Source: a virus
IMG/VR virus record: IMGVR_UViG_3300033146_001643
Coordinates: 1 to 64,000 of that record
DNA length: 64,000 nt
Direction: 5' to 3' (one strand)
Shown: positions 50,650 to 58,007 of the stretch, in pieces
How positions within the stretch are numbered: position 1 is the first letter of the stretch
Layout: every line of letters starts with the position of its first letter
Position numbers and translations under genes: made by a program
Notes under the pieces: generated by a model
What the model saw: the letters and a program-made list of their open reading frames with translations, nothing else
The model's database searches: none
What the model was told of the DNA's origin: nothing

Positions 50650-51297
50650 TTAATAATTTAAGTCTCCAAATATATTAGTATTGCCACTAGTTTTACAAAA
50701 ATCACATATAATTATTCTTTGATTTTTAGTTATTATAACTTGTCCACAATTAGGACATGTAACTATATTATATCCTAAAGCTTGTAACTCTTTTTGTAAC
50801 AATAGTTGCTTACTTTTAGATTTATGCCTATACATAGCTTTTAAACTTGCATTAGTTGTAGTGAGAATGAAGTCTAATATAGCCCCTAGTATGTGTGAAT
50901 CATTAAGTATATTCTCTATATCCCAATCACTTGAATTTGGGGCATTTGAATAATTAGATATAAATCCGTCGCAACTAGTATAATTATTTTTTAAATAGAT
51001 ACTCCATTTATCTTTAAATTTATTCACTATATTTTTAATAGAAGTAATATTAGTATTTGTTAATATTATTTCTACGTCTATAATATCATTTCTAAAGTTA
51101 TACTCTCTAGGTGAGCTAACTTGCTCAAATATTATTTCATGTACAAATTTTCTTAATCTATTAGCTACATAATCTGTTATATGATATGCTGCTATTTCGT
51201 TATCTTCAATGAAGTTCTCTTTAATCTTTTTTTCAAAAATTGTTCCGTAGAATCCTGGAAACATTGGTAACCACGTTTGTATTTTATATGTCTTCAT
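50650..51297 (-). CDS. Hypothetical protein with C-terminal Zn ribbon
   Basis: FPGFY, SPREYNF and YTSCDGFIS, then CPNCG...CDFC. Confidence 0.65.
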   Translation of the reverse strand: MKTYKIQTWLPMFPGFYGTIFEKKIKENFIEDNEIAAYHITDYVANRLRKFVHEIIFEQVSSPREYNFRNDIIDVEIILTNTNITSIKNIVNKFKDKWSIYLKNNYTSCDGFISNYSNAPNSSDWDIENILNDSHILGAILDFILTTTNASLKAMYRHKSKSKQLLLQKELQALGYNIVTCPNCGQVIITKNQRIIICDFCKTSGNTNIFGDLNY

Positions 51298-51646
51298 TTA
51301 TTGTGTTATTATGTAAATATATACTAGAGTAGATTCTAAATTTACCGTCTATAAATATAATTGTTATTAGACAGTTATTAGTTGCTATATATTCTGCTGC
51401 TGTGCAGTTAGTCCCATAATAATTATCTGTATGCCATGGTGTATATAAAGTGAATTTAGTTGTATCCCGCCATTCATTAATAATCATTACAGTTGTATAA
51501 CTTTCATTAAAAACAAAAGTAGTTGTATTACATAATATTCCTAAATTACTATTTAATTTAGGGATATTCAATCCTAAATTATATTGGGCAATAACAGCCC
51601 CATGTAATAACATTATAATTATTATTATTTGTATTAACTTTTTCAT
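51284..51646 (-). CDS. Exported protein (signal peptide plus Gln)
   Basis: MKKLIQIIIIIMLLHGAVIA-Q. Confidence 0.6.
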   Translation of the reverse strand: MKKLIQIIIIIMLLHGAVIAQYNLGLNIPKLNSNLGILCNTTTFVFNESYTTVMIINEWRDTTKFTLYTPWHTDNYYGTNCTAAEYIATNNCLITIIFIDGKFRIYSSIYLHNNTINEDI

Positions 51647-51726
51647 AGTAGTTCTATTAAAAATTTATATTTGAAATTTGTACCAGTATAACATACGATA
51701 GTTATTAATATTAATAATATTATCAC
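51643..51726 (-). CDS. Candidate small membrane peptide (27 aa; GTG start)
   Basis: MIILLILITIVCYTGTNFKYKFLIELL*. The TGA overlaps the ATG of the next gene (ATGA). Confidence 0.35.
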   Translation of the reverse strand: MIILLILITIVCYTGTNFKYKFLIELL

Positions 51727-51787
51727 CTCCAACTACTTCTTTCTCAACTAGTTATGTTGATATTCTAATAGCGGTGAACTGGTTTAG

Positions 51788-51831
51788 TAATTGACATTTT
51801 GAAAATGTCAATTATTTTGTATACCTTTGCA
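51788..51831 (+). promoter_or_regulatory. Antisense Bacteroidota promoter overlapped by a perfect 27-bp palindrome (operator-like)
   Basis: TTTG (51798-51801), N20, TACCTTTG (51822-51829), CA. The palindrome TAATTGACATTTT-G-AAAATGTCAATTA spans 51788-51814. Confidence 0.7.
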
Positions 51832-51917
51832 GAATCATTGTTAATAGGAAAAGGCTTTAGTGAGCAGAGCGAGCAGTTTTAGATGTGATCACTAAGCTAC
51901 CAATTAATAATACTTGC
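51829..51917 (+). ncRNA. Candidate ~85-nt rod-shaped small RNA
   Basis: Nested stems ATTGTTAAT/ATTAATAAT, GGCTT/AAGCT, AGTGA/TCACT and AGAGC/GTTTT. All wobble pairs are G-U on the + strand. Lies directly downstream of the promoter. Confidence 0.5.
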
Positions 51918-51918
51918 C

Positions 51919-52764
51919 CTAATCTTTATTATCAATAATATATGTTTCTAATTTTGATATAATTTCTCCACCATATTGATTTTTAGTAGCTGATATAAAT
52001 TCTGCTATGGTAAACTTATCATTTTTTAAATCAATATTGTTTTCTGCTATAAATGCATTTCTACCAATCTCACAAGAATTTGTTAATATGTGATGCCATG
52101 TATAAAGTATTTCAGCTTTATATTTATCCGTATTATTAAATTTATCCACAAATTCAATAATACGCTCTCTAACTGATAATCTATCAAAAATTTTGATATT
52201 TAAAGCTTCTATAGCTTTTTGTATAGACTCCCCATGAGCAAATAGATTATCTTGTTTAGCTATATAACATTTCGTTATTGTTAAATCATTATTTACTATA
52301 GCTCCATAAGCAATATTTTTCTTAATATTGTATATAATAGTTTTGATTTTATCTATTAAATATATTCTATTACCATCTAAATTTATAATTTTATTGCTAT
52401 TATCATAACCATAACCATTACCATAACCATAACCATCACCAGTACCATAACCAATACCATAACCATCACCAGTACCAGAACCATCACCAGTACCAGCACC
52501 ATAACCAATACCAGCACTATAACCAATACCATCACCAGTACCATAACCAATACCATCACCATCACCATCACCATAACCATCACCAGTACCATAACCATAA
52601 CCAATATCATCACCATCACCATAATCATCACCATCACCATAACCATAATCATCACCATAACCATAACCAATATTATCACCATCACCATAACCATAACCAA
52701 TATTATCATAACTATAATTATAAGTAATATTCGCTGCCCACTTATTGTAATCTATATTGTCCAT
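51919..52764 (-). CDS. Gly-Tyr-Asp low-complexity repeat protein with conserved C-terminal domain
   Basis: (GYG/GDG)n tract, then FAHGE...WHHILTNSCEIGR...YGGEII. A common phage partner of the adjacent small gene. Confidence 0.75.
   Translation of the reverse strand: MDNIDYNKWAANITYNYSYDNIGYGYGDGDNIGYGYGDDYGYGDGDDYGDGDDIGYGYGTGDGYGDGDGDGIGYGTGDGIGYSAGIGYGAGTGDGSGTGDGYGIGYGTGDGYGYGNGYGYDNSNKIINLDGNRIYLIDKIKTIIYNIKKNIAYGAIVNNDLTITKCYIAKQDNLFAHGESIQKAIEALNIKIFDRLSVRERIIEFVDKFNNTDKYKAEILYTWHHILTNSCEIGRNAFIAENNIDLKNDKFTIAEFISATKNQYGGEIISKLETYIIDNKD
52403..52705. repeat. Imperfect hexamer repeat array (ACCATA/ACCATC/ACCAGT) encoding Gly-X dipeptides
   Basis: Directly visible; boundaries are approximate. 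Confidence 0.85.
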
Positions 52765-53063
52765 ACGGGTACATTTTTTAAATTAATTATTGCTTTTTTA
52801 TTACAAGGAATTATCTGAATCAATTGTGTTATTACTATAGTTTCATGTGGTTTTGTAAATTTACATTCCTCTGGTCGAGAGACTCCAGCATTTGCTAAAT
52901 TTTCTACTGTGTATGCTCCAGCCCAATAATACAATTTTCTAGCATCTGTTAAGTTTATAGTAGTGCCAGATATTGTTTCTTCTACATTTAATAATTTACC
53001 GAAAAATACGCCAGCGTTGTTACATCTAGCGATTACATATTTATTTAATAATTTATCATACAT
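52752..53063 (-). CDS. DUF6948-like phage protein
   Basis: YVIARCNNAGVFFG...LTDARKLYYWAGA...LANAGV...IIPC...VPVW. Confidence 0.7.
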   Translation of the reverse strand: MYDKLLNKYVIARCNNAGVFFGKLLNVEETISGTTINLTDARKLYYWAGAYTVENLANAGVSRPEECKFTKPHETIVITQLIQIIPCNKKAIINLKNVPVWTI

Positions 53064-53073
53064 AATTTTACTT

Positions 53074-53129
53074 TTTATTAGTTTTTATTTATTAGTTTCT
53101 ATTTATTAGTTTCTATTTATTAGTTTTTA
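53074..53129. repeat. 4 x 14-bp tandem repeat TTTATTAGTTT(C/T)TA in a gene leader
   Basis: Units start at 53074, 53088, 53102 and 53116. Confidence 0.85.
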
Positions 53130-53360
53130 AATTAAATAATAAAAGCGAAAAGCTAATTATAGTAGAGTTACCTAAATAATTCCAGATTATTCGGACAATC
53201 ACTTGTCTATTTCATAATGCTTAACTCGTAGTGTCTAAAGTAGGAATAATTTACTTATCTCAACTACAAGACTACATACATTACCATAGGGTTTACTACT
53301 AAGCACCATATTCATAATATACTTGTTTAATAATTAACTTTTAACACGTCTGTTATTTTA

Positions 53361-53468
53361 TCACTTTATTTCAGCACCTTTATTACTAAAGATTAAAGTA
53401 TGTAATGTATTGTCTACAGTAACGGGAATTGCCTCATTTATATACACTTCTTGGATTGTTGCTTTCAT
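53361..53468 (-). CDS. Possible small protein (35 aa)
   Basis: MKATIQEVYINEAIPVTVDNTLHTLIFSNKGAEIK*. Confidence 0.3.
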   Translation of the reverse strand: MKATIQEVYINEAIPVTVDNTLHTLIFSNKGAEIK

Positions 53469-53895
53469 AAGCTATCATGTTAATTCATGCTTCCTATATT
53501 ACCTAACAGGATTTTACATACTCCAAGCTACACCATTAAGGTGATAACTTATACCGAGAACTTATTACCATAATATAGTAGGTTTACTGATTTTCTCCCG
53601 CTGTGATTTGAAACATATATTCAACAACATTAACATTATATTCAATATATTTATAATTTACTATAGCTACTACTTTTAGTGGCTCAATGTATTCTTTGTC
53701 GTCTCCCTTAAATCTATTTTCAGTAATAATTATTACTGCAACTAATTTTATTTGGTCTTTTATTTTACTTATACTTATTGCTATAGCAAAGTAATTGCCA
53801 TTTACCCCTATTTGATAAATTTTGTTAATAACCTCATAGTGTCAAGATTCATTATAAAGGATAATAGCATGATTCTATTGCCCTTTAGGTTATGA

Positions 53896-54534
53896 CTAAT
53901 TTATAATAGTTAAATATATTTGATAAAATACTTTATAGTATTCTTTATTTGTATAATAACCTACATTATATAATTCTTTAAAGAATGTGAGTGGGGAAGC
54001 TGTTGTATGTATTGTTAGATAACGGTCAGATTCCCATAACTGTAGTAAGGTTGAAATAGCATTATCCACTGTAGTATAACTTTGAAAACTACATACTACT
54101 TCATAACGTTGTCCTCCGTAATACTCCACTGTAGGTGTTCTAATACCCATTCCTTTAATACCAAATGGATTATTTCGCTGCCACAAATTATTAGCAAAAG
54201 GTGCTCCATGTGAAGTACTTGATTCTGATACGGCAATTGTAGTTATTACTGAAGCTAATTGCCTATAGTTTAAACTATAGGTGTTAGCTAAGGTTTTAAA
54301 TTCTTTATTTGCTAGCACTAATTTCCTAAATAACATACCTACTTGTTTGCGGTCTTTATATGTCCAAGTAGATGTTTTTAATATAATCGTTGTTTTAGTT
54401 GTTACTATATTATCTGTCTTTAGTATAGATAATATAGTTGACGTGTTATACTTTATAGGTGTTTTTTTAGTACTATTATTACTATGTTGGTGTAGTAATA
54501 AGGCTAACGATAACATTAGTAATGTTTTTTTCAT
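53896..54534 (-). CDS. Secreted GH73-like (FlgJ/glucosaminidase) peptidoglycan hydrolase
   Basis: Signal-like N-terminus, IAVSESS (catalytic Glu), NNPFGIKG, TVEY, FQSY and GYYT...Y. Confidence 0.75.
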   Translation of the reverse strand: MKKTLLMLSLALLLHQHSNNSTKKTPIKYNTSTILSILKTDNIVTTKTTIILKTSTWTYKDRKQVGMLFRKLVLANKEFKTLANTYSLNYRQLASVITTIAVSESSTSHGAPFANNLWQRNNPFGIKGMGIRTPTVEYYGGQRYEVVCSFQSYTTVDNAISTLLQLWESDRYLTIHTTASPLTFFKELYNVGYYTNKEYYKVFYQIYLTIIN

Positions 54535-54559
54535 ATAGAAAGTTTAGTTAATATTGGTG

Positions 54560-54567
54560 CAAATATA
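54560..54567 (-). promoter_or_regulatory. Bacteroidota -7 promoter element TATATTTG(CA)
   Basis: Exact -7 consensus 26 nt upstream of the hydrolase ATG. No clear -33 element. Confidence 0.6.
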
Positions 54568-54572
54568 AGTTG

Positions 54573-54940
54573 TTTCGGTGGTTGTTAGTTATTGGTTGGA
54601 AAAGCTATTGTTGGTTGGTGTTTTTAAGTGGGTAATAGTTGATGGTTATGTTGCGGTAGGGGTATAGCCTCCGAATTAAGTTCCCGCCCATCACATAATA
54701 CCTATTTTAATCACCCACTTCTTACTAAGATACATTTCAAAACTAAATTTATTTATAATATATAGCTGTATTGTGTTTTTATTTTTGCGGTCTTTACAGC
54801 TTACGCTCCTCGAAGGCTAATCGGTATCACCTCGAAGGCTAATCGGTTACAAATCAGTGCTCCTCTGATAATACTGGTTTATACCTTGTATGGTATAACT
54901 ATTGTCTGAAAACACCTATAAACCATGGTGCAGCCAGAAA
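54573..54940 (+). ncRNA. Candidate large structured non-coding element
   Basis: Nested stems GGTGTTTT (54617-24)/AAAACACC (54909-16), AAGTGGGT (54626-33)/ACCCACTT (54713-20), TGATGG/CCATCA, GCGG/CCGC, AGCTGTA/TACAGCT and TTATACC/GGTATAA. No ORF. Confidence 0.5.
54808..54847. repeat. Two exact 18-bp direct repeats CCTCGAAGGCTAATCGGT with 22-bp period
   Basis: Copies at 54808-54825 and 54830-54847. Confidence 0.9.
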
Positions 54941-54943
54941 TTT

Positions 54944-54982
54944 TTATAAAAGACACTAGCTAGTAGTTAGTGTCTTTTATAA
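54944..54982. terminator. Strong bidirectional terminator hairpin
   Basis: TTATAAAAGACACTAGCT-AGT-AGTTAGTGTCTTTTATAA. The single wobble is G-U on the + strand. Confidence 0.75.
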
Positions 54983-54993
54983 TTCCCTATATA

Positions 54994-55350
54994 TTACAAG
55001 AATAATAATGCATAGGAGTATTTCCCTCTTCGTGCTGTGCTACTAACTTTTAGGACTAATGTCCTCGAAGTAGTAGTTTCAATTGTCAGTCCATCTAAAT
55101 TGCCTGACAATATTATACCGTCCACGCTCATTGTAGTGTTTTCATCACCGCTAAATTGTATACGGTATTCCTTGTTAGCATTAAGTTGCAATGTTATCGT
55201 AGTAACATCGTTTCTTTTAACAATTCCAGAGAACCCTGTTAGCCAGATTCCTCTCCCTAAACTGCTAGCAACTGCATACTCGTCTAATTGTGCTGATGCA
55301 CTTAGAGTAGTAATAATTGCCACTGCTAATAAAAATATATATTTATTCAT
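54994..55350 (-). CDS. Exported beta-sandwich-like protein (signal peptide plus Gln)
   Basis: MNKYIFLLAVAIITTLSASA-Q, with a beta-rich mature part. Confidence 0.65.
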   Translation of the reverse strand: MNKYIFLLAVAIITTLSASAQLDEYAVASSLGRGIWLTGFSGIVKRNDVTTITLQLNANKEYRIQFSGDENTTMSVDGIILSGNLDGLTIETTTSRTLVLKVSSTARRGKYSYALLFL

Positions 55351-55638
55351 TTGCTACATCGCTAGTAATGAACTAGTTTAATCCTACGATTACGATGTAG
55401 TTGATACTTATACCTGTATATTATAGACTTGTTCGTATGTTTCAGGTTGTACACGTATAAGTATTATTATAATTATACCGTCAATCTCCAGTACAGGGAT
55501 AAACAAGTTCGGCATATTTAAACTTCTGCTCTATTAATACATAGTTAATAGTAATACGCAGTTTAATATAGCGAGTGTAAAATACACCCCCACTCACGTT
55601 ATTTATACTCCTGTGAGTTGGGGGGGGGGTAGAAAAAC

Positions 55639-56421
55639 TTAACGGATAACTTCTAAGTCTTTTCCTTTTATTAATTTACCAGCAAATTTGCTGACTAATT
55701 CTTCTTGTTTAGCCCATATAGAGCTAAGTCTTTTTTCGCTGCCTCCCATAGATGACAACATTTCTTCCACGTCTTGTAGAGTTTTAAGTGCTGTAGCAGC
55801 ACTTTTCGGTAGTCTTGCAGCTGAGAAACTGCTTTCGTTATAATTCATATTTATTTGAGTGAACTCGTATACTCCAGTTTTTTCACTGGAATTATACTCT
55901 TCGCCTGCGATTCTAGCCTCAACAACTAGAGATATAGCACGTCCTTTTTCAAGTTTTATACCTCTATGTGAGATATATGATTTATTCAAAATTACAGAAA
56001 ATCCATTAGGGTAATCTGTACTTGTTTGAAGCGAGTCTCCCCAACCAAAATATTCTCTTCCATTAACTTCAATCGAGGAAATGGATTTACTATTCCCTGT
56101 AATGTTAGCTGCCCCGATAAAGTCATCTAGCATTTTATAAACATTGCCTTTGCAGGTAACGTTTATTTTTATACCAGATGTATCTCTTCCTGTTTCAGGG
56201 TCGATATATTCTGGGAGTGGGAATACGTTGGAGATAACTCCGAGTAAAACTATTGATGACGATAATTTGTCATTATTTTTTATAGAAGTTAATTCTTCTA
56301 CATATTTTGAATACTCTTCAGTATTCAAGATAGCTTTCATTGACTCTAGGTGAGTCGCTTTGTTTTCAACGCTTAAAGTATTAAAAACTTCTACTGTTAT
56401 TTTTTCTGCTAGTTCTGGCAT
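55639..56421 (-). CDS. First gene of the leftward (early) arm, unknown function, possibly OB-fold
   Basis: 260 aa, less AT-skewed than neighbours, with a beta-rich core (ISLVVEARIAGEEY...TGVYEFT). Confidence 0.65.
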   Translation of the reverse strand: MPELAEKITVEVFNTLSVENKATHLESMKAILNTEEYSKYVEELTSIKNNDKLSSSIVLLGVISNVFPLPEYIDPETGRDTSGIKINVTCKGNVYKMLDDFIGAANITGNSKSISSIEVNGREYFGWGDSLQTSTDYPNGFSVILNKSYISHRGIKLEKGRAISLVVEARIAGEEYNSSEKTGVYEFTQINMNYNESSFSAARLPKSAATALKTLQDVEEMLSSMGGSEKRLSSIWAKQEELVSKFAGKLIKGKDLEVIR

Positions 56422-56809
56422 CTTTATTGGATTTTATGGTGAGTAATAACTCACCTGATTAAAAAATAGAATCGACTCTTTTTGCTACGACAAATGTAGC
56501 CCAGGTAGCCCTTTGCCTGTTATTTTACAATACCCAAAAGAAATATATGTAGACAACATATATTTAACATTAAACATGTAACTATTAAGTACAACTATAA
56601 ACTAACAACAAAATTGTTGTATGATTTATACTGCACCGTTTTCTCAGACAAATTAACTTGGCTAAGTAATTACACAATTTAATGGCGAGGGTACTGTATC
56701 GCAAAATTTAGTAACGGTATACCACTAGGGTACTCACACTATACACACACGCATAAAAAATAAATACTTGCTAAAATTAAAAAAAATTTTTTTATACAGT
56801 GAAAACTAT

Positions 56810-56819
56810 TATCTTTACA
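56810..56819 (+). promoter_or_regulatory. -7 element variant TATCTTTACA heading the packaging operon
   Basis: Same TAnnTTTACA variant as at 8118; ends 23 nt before ATG 56843. Confidence 0.4.
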
Positions 56820-56842
56820 ACAATATAAATGAACAATTAATT

Positions 56843-57598
56843 ATGCAAACACTTAAACAAGCAACTAAGACTACAACAGGCTTAGAATACAATGATAAAC
56901 TCCATAAGTACTACTATAAAGGAAAGGAGTTAATATCAGTTACTACGTTACTAAAAGAATACGTAAAAGACTTTAATCCATTGTACCCAAGTATAAATGT
57001 TGCTAAAAAGAATAAAAAATTAAATATGCCTAATATAGATGCAGCTACTATACGGAAGATGTGGAGACTGCATGCTACTAGACAACGTTGTATAGGAACA
57101 GCTACCCACACCTTTTTAGAACATTATGTATTAGATAATACTATAACACCAATTACTCCCTATGAAATAGCAGGAGTTAAAGCTATACAAGCTATAAGTA
57201 AGAATTGGGACATTCTCTCTACAGAGAAACGTGTTTATTCATTAGAATATGGTATAGCTGGGACATTAGACGTAGAAATAAGACATAAAATAACCAGGCA
57301 ACTAGGTATTGTTGATTGGAAAGTATCAACTAACTTAGATAAGGCTTATGGGAAGTTACTAAGAGAATTTAAACATTATAAAGCTAGTAAACATAACCAA
57401 TATGTGATACAACTTAATATGTATGCTGTATTAGAAAATAAAGATATACCCAGTAATAATTTATTTATAGTACAACTGAGACCCGATAGTACATTTGAGG
57501 CAAGAAAAGCATTAATAGATAATAAGTGTATACGTACTGAAGTAACTAATGTATTAAAAAACCATAAATATCAAACTTCTAAACTTTTAGATATATGA
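56843..57598 (+). CDS. PD-(D/E)xK (RecB/Cas4-like) nuclease
   Basis: HKYY...SVTTLL, GTATH, EKRVY, AGTLD, IVDWK and QLNMY. Likely start is ATG 56843. Confidence 0.85.
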   Translation: MQTLKQATKTTTGLEYNDKLHKYYYKGKELISVTTLLKEYVKDFNPLYPSINVAKKNKKLNMPNIDAATIRKMWRLHATRQRCIGTATHTFLEHYVLDNTITPITPYEIAGVKAIQAISKNWDILSTEKRVYSLEYGIAGTLDVEIRHKITRQLGIVDWKVSTNLDKAYGKLLREFKHYKASKHNQYVIQLNMYAVLENKDIPSNNLFIVQLRPDSTFEARKALIDNKCIRTEVTNVLKNHKYQTSKLLDI

Positions 57599-57768
57599 TA
57601 CCAATAATGGATATAGCTACTATATTAGATGATGCTGAATATATACATAGAATATATAATAAACAACTAGCAGTTATGCAAGAACCTACAGGATATTCTA
57701 TAGTAGGAATTATATATGCATCATCTATGTTACCTAGAGGTGCAAGAATTATAAAATTATTCTTATAA
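57595..57768 (+). CDS. Small hypothetical protein (57 aa; not in ORF track)
   Basis: MIPIMDIATILDDAEYIHRIYNKQLAVMQEPTGYSIVGIIYASSMLPRGARIIKLFL*. ATGA and TAATG coupling on both sides. Confidence 0.6.
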   Translation: MIPIMDIATILDDAEYIHRIYNKQLAVMQEPTGYSIVGIIYASSMLPRGARIIKLFL

Positions 57769-58007
57769 TGGACTCGCAACTAATAAAAACAGTATTAGAG
57801 AAGATAGCTGTTGAAGAAGGTATAGATTATAGTATAGTCAGGAATATAATGCTAGCCGAGTTTTCAGCTGTTAGACATGAACTTACGAAAGATATTGATA
57901 TATTGGAGGATAAACAAATTCGTCTAGCTATGTTAGGAACATTTAAAATACATAAACTAGGTATAAAAAGATATTATAAACAATTAGAAAGGGAGAAAAA
58001 TGGATAA
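57768..58007 (+). CDS. HU/IHF-like DNA-binding protein
   Basis: LEKIAVEEGI...VRNI...IRLAMLGTFKI, an HU-fold pattern. Confidence 0.7.
   Translation: MDSQLIKTVLEKIAVEEGIDYSIVRNIMLAEFSAVRHELTKDIDILEDKQIRLAMLGTFKIHKLGIKRYYKQLEREKNG

Noticed and set aside
51829-51917. SRP (4.5S) RNA or tRNA
   Set aside because: It contains AGCAG but lacks the CAGG...GGAA domain IV arrangement, and has no cloverleaf or T-loop.
52383-52709. 108-aa (Met-Val)n hydrophobic ORF
   Set aside because: It is an alternative-frame shadow of the GGT-NAT repeat in the Gly-Tyr-Asp gene.
54808-54847. Mini-CRISPR array
   Set aside because: Only two 18-bp copies with a 4-bp gap and no spacer-length sequence. The nearby PD-(D/E)xK nuclease is a common stand-alone phage gene.
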